Source: a virus. Taken from it: DNA of 25,081 nt. A program made the translations under genes and the position numbers. The DNA lies in UHGV virus genome UHGV-0233562; one strand, written 5' to 3'. This document shows positions 17,909 to 25,081 of the stretch, piece by piece. Numbering within the stretch: the stretch's first letter is position 1; each line of letters opens with the position of its first letter. The notes under the pieces are model-generated. The model was not told the DNA's origin, searched no databases, and was given only the letters and a program-made list of their open reading frames with translations.

Positions 17909-18499
17909 ATGAAGGGGCTTGAGAATGCCATCCGCAATCTGAACAGCCTTGATACCCGTATGGTGCCACAGGCCAGCGCATGGGCGATAAACCGTGTGGC
18001 ACAGAAAGCGGTCTCGGTTGCCACCCGGCAGGTTGCCGGGAATACCGTTGCGGGAGATAACCAGGTGAAAGGGATCCCCCTGAAACTGGTACGTCAGCGT
18101 GTCCGGGTGTTTAAAGCCAGTCCGTCAGGAAAAATGACGGCCAGGATCCGCGTTAACCGGGGCAATCTGCCCGCCATCAAACTGAACACAACACGGCGGC
18201 GTGCTGGTGAAGGACTGAGAGTGGGAAAATACTTTTTCCGGGGGGCATTTGTTCAGCAACTGGCGAATGGCCGCTGGCATGTTCTTAGGCGTCTTCCTGA
18301 AGCGCGTTTTGCAACAGGGCATGACCATCAGGGCAGGCCAAGAAAAAATCGTCTTCCTGTGGAGGTAGTGAAAATCCCGCTGTCCGGACCGCTGACACAG
18401 GCATTTGAAGATGCCCGCGACCGCATCATTGCTGCGGAAATGCCGAAACAGCTGGGGTATGCACTGAAACAACAACTGAGATTATGGCTGACCCGATGA
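17909..18499 (+). CDS. Z: Minor tail protein Z-like (tail completion)
   Basis: 196 aa, similar in size to lambda gpZ, immediately upstream of the U homolog; N-terminus MKGLENAIRNLNSL resembles gpZ as recalled. Confidence 0.7.
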   Translation: MKGLENAIRNLNSLDTRMVPQASAWAINRVAQKAVSVATRQVAGNTVAGDNQVKGIPLKLVRQRVRVFKASPSGKMTARIRVNRGNLPAIKLNTTRRRAGEGLRVGKYFFRGAFVQQLANGRWHVLRRLPEARFATGHDHQGRPRKNRLPVEVVKIPLSGPLTQAFEDARDRIIAAEMPKQLGYALKQQLRLWLTR

Positions 18500-18897
18500 A
18501 CCGACATACACAAATCCGCCAGGTCGTACTGGCACGCCTTCGGGAACAGTGTGGAGACAGCGCCACGTTTTTTGACGGGCTTCCGGCATTTATTGATGCG
18601 CAGGAACTGCCTGCCGTGGCGGTGTGGCTGAGTGATGCTCAGTACACCGGAAAAATGACGGATGAAGATGACTGGCAGGCTGTTCTGCATATTGCCGTCT
18701 TCATCCGGGCACAGGCACCGGATTCAGAGCTGGATATGTGGATGGAGAGCACCATTTTTCCTGCCCTGAATGATATACCGGCACTTTCCGGACTCATCGA
18801 CACCCTGATCCCACTCGGTTTTAACTATCAACGTGATAATGAGATGGCCACCTGGGCGATGGCGGAAATCACGTACCAGATCACGTACACGAATTAA
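18484..18897 (+). CDS. U: Tail terminator protein U
   Basis: ..ATFFDGLPAFIDAQELPAVAVWLSDAQYTG...WQAVLHIAVFIRAQAPDSELDMWMESTIFPALNDIPALSGLI..YQITY closely parallels lambda gpU as recalled. Start may be ATG 18496. Confidence 0.85.
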   Translation: MADPMNRHTQIRQVVLARLREQCGDSATFFDGLPAFIDAQELPAVAVWLSDAQYTGKMTDEDDWQAVLHIAVFIRAQAPDSELDMWMESTIFPALNDIPALSGLIDTLIPLGFNYQRDNEMATWAMAEITYQITYTN

Positions 18898-18907
18898 GGA
18901 GGTGGTA

Positions 18908-19651
18908 ATGACCACACCAAATCCACTGGCAAAGACGAAAGGTGCGGGGACGACGTTCTGGATGTATACCGGCAACGGCGATGCGTTTGCGAATCCTTTG
19001 TCGGACACTGACTGGCTGCGTCTTGCGATGGTGAAGGATCTGCAACCTGGCGAAATGACCGCTGATGCAGAAGATGACACTTATCTCGATGATGAAGATG
19101 CAGACTGGAAAACGACAACCCAGGGGCAGAAATCCGTTGGTGATACTTCGGCGACGCTGGCCTGGCGTCCGGGTGACAGCGGGCAGAAAAAACTGGTTCA
19201 GTTGTTCGACTCCGGTGAAGTCTGCGCGTTTCGTATCAAATATCCCAACGGTACTGTTGATGTTTTCCGTGGCTGGCTGAGTTCACTGGGTAAAACCATT
19301 GCCTCAAAAGACGTGATGACCCGCACAGTGAAAATCAGCGGTGTGGGGCGTCCGTATCTGGCAGAGGAAGGCACTGAAACAGTGAGCGTTACCGGGCTGA
19401 CGGTGGCACCGGCATCTGCCAGTGTAAAAGTGGGAGCAACCACCACGCTGACCTTTACAGTAAAACCTGACGGAGCCAGTGACAAAGCGATCAGTGTGCA
19501 TTCGACAGATCCACAGACTGCCACGGTGACCCTGAACGGGCTTGTGGCCACGGTGAAAGGCGTGAAGCAGGGCAGTGTCAGCATTGTGGGCATGACCGCT
19601 GACGGGAATTTTGTGGCTGTGGCTGCGGTGACTGTCAGCGCAGCAGGTTAA
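18908..19651 (+). CDS. V: Major tail tube protein V with C-terminal Ig-like (Big_2-type) domain
   Basis: SD AGGAGG then ATG 18908; MTTPNPLAKTKGAGTTFWMYTGNGDAFANPLSDTDWLRLAMVKDLQPGEMTA..YLDDEDADW...GQKS.GDTS.TLAW.PG..GQ...FPNGTVDVFRGW.SS.GK...K.V.TRTVK is near-colinear with lambda gpV; C-terminal about 80 aa form an Ig-like domain. Confidence 0.95.
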   Translation: MTTPNPLAKTKGAGTTFWMYTGNGDAFANPLSDTDWLRLAMVKDLQPGEMTADAEDDTYLDDEDADWKTTTQGQKSVGDTSATLAWRPGDSGQKKLVQLFDSGEVCAFRIKYPNGTVDVFRGWLSSLGKTIASKDVMTRTVKISGVGRPYLAEEGTETVSVTGLTVAPASASVKVGATTTLTFTVKPDGASDKAISVHSTDPQTATVTLNGLVATVKGVKQGSVSIVGMTADGNFVAVAAVTVSAAG

Positions 19652-19671
19652 CAGGACGATACTCATCATTT

Positions 19672-19696
19672 GCCCCGGTTATTCGGGGCTTTTTTA
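19672..19696 (+). terminator. Intra-operon rho-independent terminator/attenuator after the major tail gene
   Basis: GCCCCG-GTTATT-CGGGGC hairpin followed by TTTTTT; overlaps the ATG 19670 of the track ORF, so the G gene more likely starts at 19709. Confidence 0.55.
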
Positions 19697-19708
19697 CAGG
19701 TGGAGAAC

Positions 19709-20098
19709 ATGATGTTTCTGAAACAGGACACGTTTAATTATGAAAAACAGTCCGTGGTGCTCAGTGAGCTGTCCGGGCTGCAGAGAATTGAATATCTGAC
19801 GTTTGTTCAGCAGCGAACGGCAAAGTTTGATGCCGGGGAGGGAGAACTGCCGGAGGCTGAACGACAGATTGCTTTTCTGCGGATGGGGATGGATATCAAT
19901 GCCTGGCTGGTTTCCCGCTCACTGTGGAATGCGGAACAGTCTCAGGATGTTGAGACGCTTTACGCATCCGTTATTACAACATGGTCGTATGATGCCCTGG
20001 GTGCGGGGGCGGAGATGGTTCTGTCGCTGAGCGGTATGGGGGCCATTGATAATGCCGGGGATTTGGAGCATGAGGTGCTGACGCCGGAAAAGTCCTGA
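19709..20098 (+). CDS. G: Tail assembly chaperone G
   Basis: SD GGAGA then ATGATG 19709; MMFLKQDTFNYEKQSVVLSELSGLQRIEYL resembles the lambda gpG N-terminus (MFLKTESFEHNGVTVTLSELSALQRIEHL) as recalled. Confidence 0.85.
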   Translation: MMFLKQDTFNYEKQSVVLSELSGLQRIEYLTFVQQRTAKFDAGEGELPEAERQIAFLRMGMDINAWLVSRSLWNAEQSQDVETLYASVITTWSYDALGAGAEMVLSLSGMGAIDNAGDLEHEVLTPEKS

Positions 20099-20424
20099 CG
20101 CGGGAAATGCAGTTTGTCATGCGGCTTGCCCGGGAGTTCCGGCGGGCAGACTGGCGGCGGATGCTGTCGGAAATGTCGGCCACTGAGCTTGGTGAGTGGG
20201 GCGATTATTTCCGGATGCAGAGCTTCAGTGATGTGTGGATGGATGCGCAGTTTGCCTCGCTGAAGGCATTGATCGTGAGAATGGTGTCCGGCAGCAGTGA
20301 TGCTGCGGTGGCTGATTTCAGCCTTTTACCGGAAGAGAACGGGATTCCGGAGCGAACGGACGAAGAACTGATGCATCTTGGGGAAGGTATTTCCGGAGGT
20401 GTGCGTTATGGACCAGATAGCTAA
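20074..20424 (+). CDS. T: T portion of the G-T tail assembly chaperone, expected to be expressed by -1 frameshift from G
   Basis: The -1 frame is open from 20074, overlapping the last 8 codons of G; candidate shift heptamer GGAAAAG at 20086-20092. RLAREFRRADWRRMLSEMSATELGEWGDYF is gpT-like. An independent ATG exists at 20107. Confidence 0.7.
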   Translation, partial: GADAGKVLTREMQFVMRLAREFRRADWRRMLSEMSATELGEWGDYFRMQSFSDVWMDAQFASLKALIVRMVSGSSDAAVADFSLLPEENGIPERTDEELMHLGEGISGGVRYGPDS

Positions 20425-23400
20425 CCTGGTCATTGATTTGGGGATTGATGCGGCAGAGTTTAAAAATGAAATTCCCCGTATCAAAAACCTTCTGAATGGT
20501 GCAGCCAGCGATGCAGAACGGTCTTCTGCCCGTATGCAGCGTTTTATGGAGCGTCAGACTCAGGCCGCCCGGCAGACAACGCAGGCGGCGTCTTCGGCTG
20601 CAACAGCCGCATCCGTCCATGCGCAGACGGTGGAGAAGAACGCACAGGCTCATGAACGCATGGCCCGCGAGGTGGAGAAAACCCGCCAGCGTATGGAGGC
20701 ACTGAGCCAGAAAATACGCGAGGAACAGGCGCAGGCCATGGCTCTGGCGGAGGCTCAGGATAAAGCGGCTGCCGCGTTTTATCGTCAGATTGACAGTGTG
20801 AAACAGGCCAGTGCGGGGCTGCAGGAATTACAGCGTATTCAGCAGCAGATCCGACAGGCCAGAAACAGTGGCGGGATTGGTCAGCAGGATTATCTGGCGC
20901 TGATTTCTGAGGTTACGGCGAAAACCCGTGTTCTTACACAGGCTGAGGAAGAGGCTACCCGACAGAAAGTGGCGTTTATCCGTCAGCTTAAAGAGCAGGC
21001 AACCCGCCAGAATCTTTCTTCTTCTGAGTTGCTTCGTGCCAGGGCTGCCCAGCTGGGGGTAAGCAGTGCTGCAGAAGTGTATATCCGCAAAATGGAGCAG
21101 GCAGGAAAAGCCACGCATTCGCTGGGTCTGAAAAGTGCAGCGGCCCGTCAGGAGATAGGCGTTCTGATAGGTGAACTGGCCCGCGGAAATTTAGGTGCGC
21201 TGAGGGGATCCGGAATAACGCTGGCTAACCGTGCCGGGTGGATAGACACACTGATGTCACCGAAAGGCATGATGCTTGGCGGGGTTATTGGTGGTATTGC
21301 CGCGGCTGTCTATGGTCTGGGTAAAGCCTGGTATGACGGTCAGAAGGAGGGGGAAGAATTTAACCGCCAGCTGTCGCTGACGGGGCATTATGCCGGAGTC
21401 ACTGCCGGGCAGCTGTGGACGCTCAGTCGTGCTATTTCCGGGAATGGTATCACGCAACATGCTGCAGTCGGTGCGCTGGCTCAGGTGGTGGGGAGTGGTG
21501 CATTTCGTGGAAACGATATCAGTATGGTGGCGAGAGCTGCCGCACAGATGGAGCGATCGGTTGGCCAGTCGGTCAGCGATACCATAAGTCAGTTTAAGCG
21601 GCTGAAGGATGATCCTGTAAATGCCGCGAAGGCTCTGGACAATGAGCTGCATTTTCTTACTGCCACTCAGCTTGAGCAGATACGCGTCCTTGGGGAACAG
21701 GGGCGGTCCAGTGATGCGGCACGGATAGCCATGTCTGCACTGGCAGAGGAAACCGGTCGACGTACTGCGGATATTGATAATAACCTCAATGCGCTGGGCA
21801 GTACGCTGAAGTATCTGTCTGATTTATGGAGTCGTTTCTGGGATGCGGCCATGAATATTGGTCGTGAAGATTCGCTGGATGCGCAGATTGCCACTTTGCA
21901 GGAGAAAGTGTCGCGGGCGAAAAGACTCCCCTGGACGGCATCATCTTCTCAGGTTGAATACGATCAGCAGCGTCTTAACGATCTTCAGGAGAAAAAACGC
22001 CAGAAGGATTTGCAGGATGCAAAAGAGCAGGCAGAGCGGAATTATCAGGAGCAACAGAAACGCCGTAATGCTGAAAATGCTGCACTGAATCGGATGAATG
22101 AAACGGAAGCTGCACGACATCAGCGTGAAATTGCGCGTATTAATGCCATGCAGTACGCCGATCAGGCTGTCAGGGATGCGGCGATACAACGTGAAAATGA
22201 ACGTTACGAGAAAGCCCTGGCATCCGGTAAGAAAAAAACACGCGAAACCCGTAATGATGAGGCCACCCGGTTATTGCTGCAGTACAGCCAGCAACAGGCA
22301 CAGGTGGAAGGACAGATTGCTGCTGCAAGACAGTCAGCAGGCATTGCCACTGACAGGATGACAGAAGCGCATAAACAGCTTCTGGCTCTGCAGCAGCGCA
22401 TCAGCGATCTGGACGGGAAAAAACTGACGGCAGATGAAAAGAGTGTGCTGGCCCGTAAAGATGAACTGATTCAGGCACTGACGCTGCTGGATGTAAAACA
22501 GCAGGAGCTTCAGAAACAGACGGCACTCAACGATCTGAAGAAAAAAACAATTCAGCTGACCAGTCAACTGGCTGAAGAAGAGCGCGCTCAGCGTCAGCAA
22601 CATGACCAGGATATCGCCACGGTGGGTATGGGTGATCAGCAGCGGCAGCGATATCAGGTACAACTGAGTCTTCGCCAGAAATACCAGCAACAGCTGGAGC
22701 AGTTGAGGCGGGATAGTGAGCAGAAAGGGACATATAACACGGATGACTACAGAAAGGCCGAGCAGGCGCTGACGGAGAGCCTGAACCGACAACTGAATGA
22801 GAATCGCCGTTACTGGCAACAGCTTGAAATTGCTCAGGGTAACTGGAAAAACGGAGTCCTGCGTGCATTTCAGGATTTTACCGTGGATGCAGATAATACG
22901 GCAGGAACAGCAGAACAGGTGTTCTCGTCAGCCTTCAGCAACATGGGAAATGGCCTGGCAACTTTTGTCACTACCGGCAAACTCAATTTCAAATCCTTCA
23001 CCTCTTCTGTGCTGTCAGATATGGCGAAAATCCTGGCGCAGGCAACCATGATGAAATCGATAAAAGGGATTGGCAGTGTACTGGGATTTGATCTCAGCAG
23101 CCTTTCCCTGAATGCCAATGGGGGGATTTATCAGTCTGCTGATTTGAGTCGTTACAGTGGCACGGTGGTTAACCGTCCGACGTTTTTTGCTTTTGCAAAA
23201 GGCGCGGGTGTGATGGGGGAAGCTGGACCTGAAGCCATTCTGCCACTGCGTCGTGGTGCTGACGGTAAGCTGGGGGTTGTGGCGGATATTGGTGGTTCAG
23301 GTATGGCGATGTTTGCCCCGCAGTACAACATCGAGATCAATAACGATGGCACGAACGGGCAGATAGGTCCGGCTGCCCTGAAGGTGGTTTATGACCTTGG

Positions 23401-23473
23401 GAAAAAAGCGGCAGCGGACTTTATGCAACAGCAGGCCCGTGATGGTGGTCGGTTAAGTGGAGCATATCGGTAA
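20408..23473 (+). CDS. H: Tail tape measure protein H
   Basis: SD GGAGGTG then ATG 20408 (overlaps the T end); about 1021 aa. N-terminus MDQIANLVIDLGIDAAEFKNEI and C-terminus INNDGTNGQIGPAALKVVYDLGKKAAADFMQQQARDGG parallel lambda gpH; long Gln/Ala-rich coiled-coil centre. Confidence 0.95.
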   Translation: MDQIANLVIDLGIDAAEFKNEIPRIKNLLNGAASDAERSSARMQRFMERQTQAARQTTQAASSAATAASVHAQTVEKNAQAHERMAREVEKTRQRMEALSQKIREEQAQAMALAEAQDKAAAAFYRQIDSVKQASAGLQELQRIQQQIRQARNSGGIGQQDYLALISEVTAKTRVLTQAEEEATRQKVAFIRQLKEQATRQNLSSSELLRARAAQLGVSSAAEVYIRKMEQAGKATHSLGLKSAAARQEIGVLIGELARGNLGALRGSGITLANRAGWIDTLMSPKGMMLGGVIGGIAAAVYGLGKAWYDGQKEGEEFNRQLSLTGHYAGVTAGQLWTLSRAISGNGITQHAAVGALAQVVGSGAFRGNDISMVARAAAQMERSVGQSVSDTISQFKRLKDDPVNAAKALDNELHFLTATQLEQIRVLGEQGRSSDAARIAMSALAEETGRRTADIDNNLNALGSTLKYLSDLWSRFWDAAMNIGREDSLDAQIATLQEKVSRAKRLPWTASSSQVEYDQQRLNDLQEKKRQKDLQDAKEQAERNYQEQQKRRNAENAALNRMNETEAARHQREIARINAMQYADQAVRDAAIQRENERYEKALASGKKKTRETRNDEATRLLLQYSQQQAQVEGQIAAARQSAGIATDRMTEAHKQLLALQQRISDLDGKKLTADEKSVLARKDELIQALTLLDVKQQELQKQTALNDLKKKTIQLTSQLAEEERAQRQQHDQDIATVGMGDQQRQRYQVQLSLRQKYQQQLEQLRRDSEQKGTYNTDDYRKAEQALTESLNRQLNENRRYWQQLEIAQGNWKNGVLRAFQDFTVDADNTAGTAEQVFSSAFSNMGNGLATFVTTGKLNFKSFTSSVLSDMAKILAQATMMKSIKGIGSVLGFDLSSLSLNANGGIYQSADLSRYSGTVVNRPTFFAFAKGAGVMGEAGPEAILPLRRGADGKLGVVADIGGSGMAMFAPQYNIEINNDGTNGQIGPAALKVVYDLGKKAAADFMQQQARDGGRLSGAYR

Positions 23474-23802
23474 TGGAGACGTTTCACTGGAAAGTGCGCC
23501 CGGATATGAATGTGGTATCAGAGCCGAAAGTGGTGACAGTGAAGCTGGGCGATGGTTATGAACAGCGTCGTGCGGCGGGACTGAATAACCAGTTGTCGAC
23601 TTACAGCGTGACGATACGTGTTCGTAAATGTGAACACCCATCTTTGAAAGCCTTTCTGGAACGGCACGGTGGCGTCCGCGCATTTCAGTGGACGCCACCT
23701 TATGACTGGAAGCCGATCAGGGTGGTTTGTCGTAAATGGTCGGCAAGCGTGGGGGCGCTGTGGGTAACCATAACGGCAGATTTTGAACAGGTCGTGGCAT
23801 AG
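23473..23802 (+). CDS. M: Minor tail protein M
   Basis: ATG overlaps the H stop (TAATG); 109 aa, lambda gpM size and position. Confidence 0.9.
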   Translation: METFHWKVRPDMNVVSEPKVVTVKLGDGYEQRRAAGLNNQLSTYSVTIRVRKCEHPSLKAFLERHGGVRAFQWTPPYDWKPIRVVCRKWSASVGALWVTITADFEQVVA

Positions 23803-23811
23803 GAGGCCCTG

Positions 23812-24510
23812 ATGCAGGATATTCCACAGGAAACACATCATGAGACGACACGCCTCACTCAGTCAGCCCAGGTGGTGCTCTGGGAAATCGATCTGACAGA
23901 GGTCGGTGGTGAACGTTATTTTTTCTGTAATGAGCAGAACGAAAAAGGTGAGCCGGTCACCTGGCAGGGGCGGCAGTATCAGGCATACCCCATTCAGGGG
24001 ACGGGATTTGAACTGAACGGTAAGGGCAGTGCTGCCCGTCCGACACTGACGGTCTCTAACCTGCACGGCATGGTCACCGGGATGGCGGAAGACCTGCAGA
24101 GTCTGGTCGGCGGAACGGTGGTCAGGCGTAAGGTTTACGCCCGTTTTCTGGATGCGGTGAACTTCGTCAACGGAAACAGCGACGCCGATCCGGAGCAGGA
24201 GGTGATCAGCCGCTGGCGCATCGAGCAGTGCAGCGAACTGAGTGCGGTGAGTGCCTCCTTTGTACTGTCCACACCGACGGAAACGGATGGTGCCGTTTTT
24301 CCGGGGCGCATCATGCTGGCTAATACCTGCACCTGGACCTATCGCGGTGATGAGTGCGGTTATCACGGTCCGGCTGTCGCGGATGAATATGATCAGCCGA
24401 CGTCCGATATCACGAAGGATAAATGCAGCAAATGCCTGAATGGCTGTAAGTTTCGCAATAACGTCGGCAACTTTGGCGGCTTCCTTTCCATTAACAAACT
24501 TTCGCAGTAA
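23812..24510 (+). CDS. L: Minor tail protein L
   Basis: 232 aa, lambda gpL size and position; C-terminal Cys cluster (CGYHGP...CSKCLNGC). Confidence 0.9.
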   Translation: MQDIPQETHHETTRLTQSAQVVLWEIDLTEVGGERYFFCNEQNEKGEPVTWQGRQYQAYPIQGTGFELNGKGSAARPTLTVSNLHGMVTGMAEDLQSLVGGTVVRRKVYARFLDAVNFVNGNSDADPEQEVISRWRIEQCSELSAVSASFVLSTPTETDGAVFPGRIMLANTCTWTYRGDECGYHGPAVADEYDQPTSDITKDKCSKCLNGCKFRNNVGNFGGFLSINKLSQ

Positions 24511-24515
24511 ATCCC

Positions 24516-25081
24516 ATGACAGAGACAGAATCAGCGATTCTGGCGCACGCCCGGCGATGTGCGCCAGCGGAGTCGTGCGGCTTCGTGGTGAGAACGCCGG
24601 AAGGGGAAAGATATTTTCCCTGCGTGAATATCTCCGGTGAGCCGGAGGCGTATTTCCGGATGTCGCCGGAGGACTGGCTGCAGGCAGAGATGCAGGGTGA
24701 GATTGTGGCACTGGTCCACAGTCATCCCGGTGGTCTGCCCTGGCTGAGTGAGGCTGACCGGCGGCTGCAGGTGCAGAGTGATTTGCCGTGGTGGCTGGTC
24801 TGCCGGGGGGCGATTCACAAGTTCCGCTGTGTGCCGTATCTCACCGGGCGGCGCTTTGAGCACGGGGTGACGGACTGTTACACGCTGTTCCGGGATGCTT
24901 ACCATCTGGCGGGGATTGAGATGCCGGATTTTCATCGCGAGGATGACTGGTGGCGTCACGGTCAGAATCTCTATCTGGATAATCTGGAGGCCACAGGGCT
25001 GTATCAGGTGCCGTTGTCAGCGGCGCAGCCGGGCGATGTGCTGCTGTGCTGTTTTGGTTCATCGGTGCCGAATCATGCCGC
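24516..25081 (+). CDS. K: Tail assembly protein K (NlpC/P60 plus JAB/MPN-type domains), 3'-truncated by the window end
   Basis: ATG 24516, open to the end of the window (so absent from the ORF track); ..HARRCAPAESCGFVV...EIVALVHSHPGG.. gives a JAMM-like HSHxxG motif, and a later Cys/His region is consistent with a peptidase domain, as in lambda gpK. Confidence 0.85.
   Translation, partial: MTETESAILAHARRCAPAESCGFVVRTPEGERYFPCVNISGEPEAYFRMSPEDWLQAEMQGEIVALVHSHPGGLPWLSEADRRLQVQSDLPWWLVCRGAIHKFRCVPYLTGRRFEHGVTDCYTLFRDAYHLAGIEMPDFHREDDWWRHGQNLYLDNLEATGLYQVPLSAAQPGDVLLCCFGSSVPNHA

Noticed and set aside
21941-24711. Long minus-strand ORFs in the track (for example 23863..24711, 22334..22819, 22527..22868)
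   Set aside because: They are antisense to strongly supported + strand tail genes (H, L, K), have no ribosome-binding sites and no recognisable sequence; they are typical antisense open frames in GC-rich coding DNA. The same applies to 16279..16863 and 17273..18002 opposite the capsid and head genes.

Overview
The window is almost entirely one lambdoid prophage segment, with every credible gene on the + strand. The left part resembles the E. coli Qin-type nin/late-regulatory region: a Hok type I toxin locus, a rem-like ORF, a DUF968/HNH (YdfU-like) protein, RusA resolvase and antiterminator Q with a pR'/tR'-like region. Two tRNA genes (Ile2-CAU and Arg-UCU) follow, then an accessory cargo locus whose most notable content is a tandem pair of paralogous lipoproteins carrying a TolA C-terminal (domain III)-like domain. 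Downstream are a pinholin / SAR-endolysin / Rz-Rz1 lysis cassette, small accessory genes (CspA-family cold-shock protein, GnsA/B-family protein, two unknown ORFs), a lambda-like cos region, and a lambda-type head and tail module running from terminase Nu1/A through tail protein K, which is truncated by the window end. No CRISPR array, IS element or integrase was seen. All identifications rest on reading the translations and on recalled family sequences; no database search was run.
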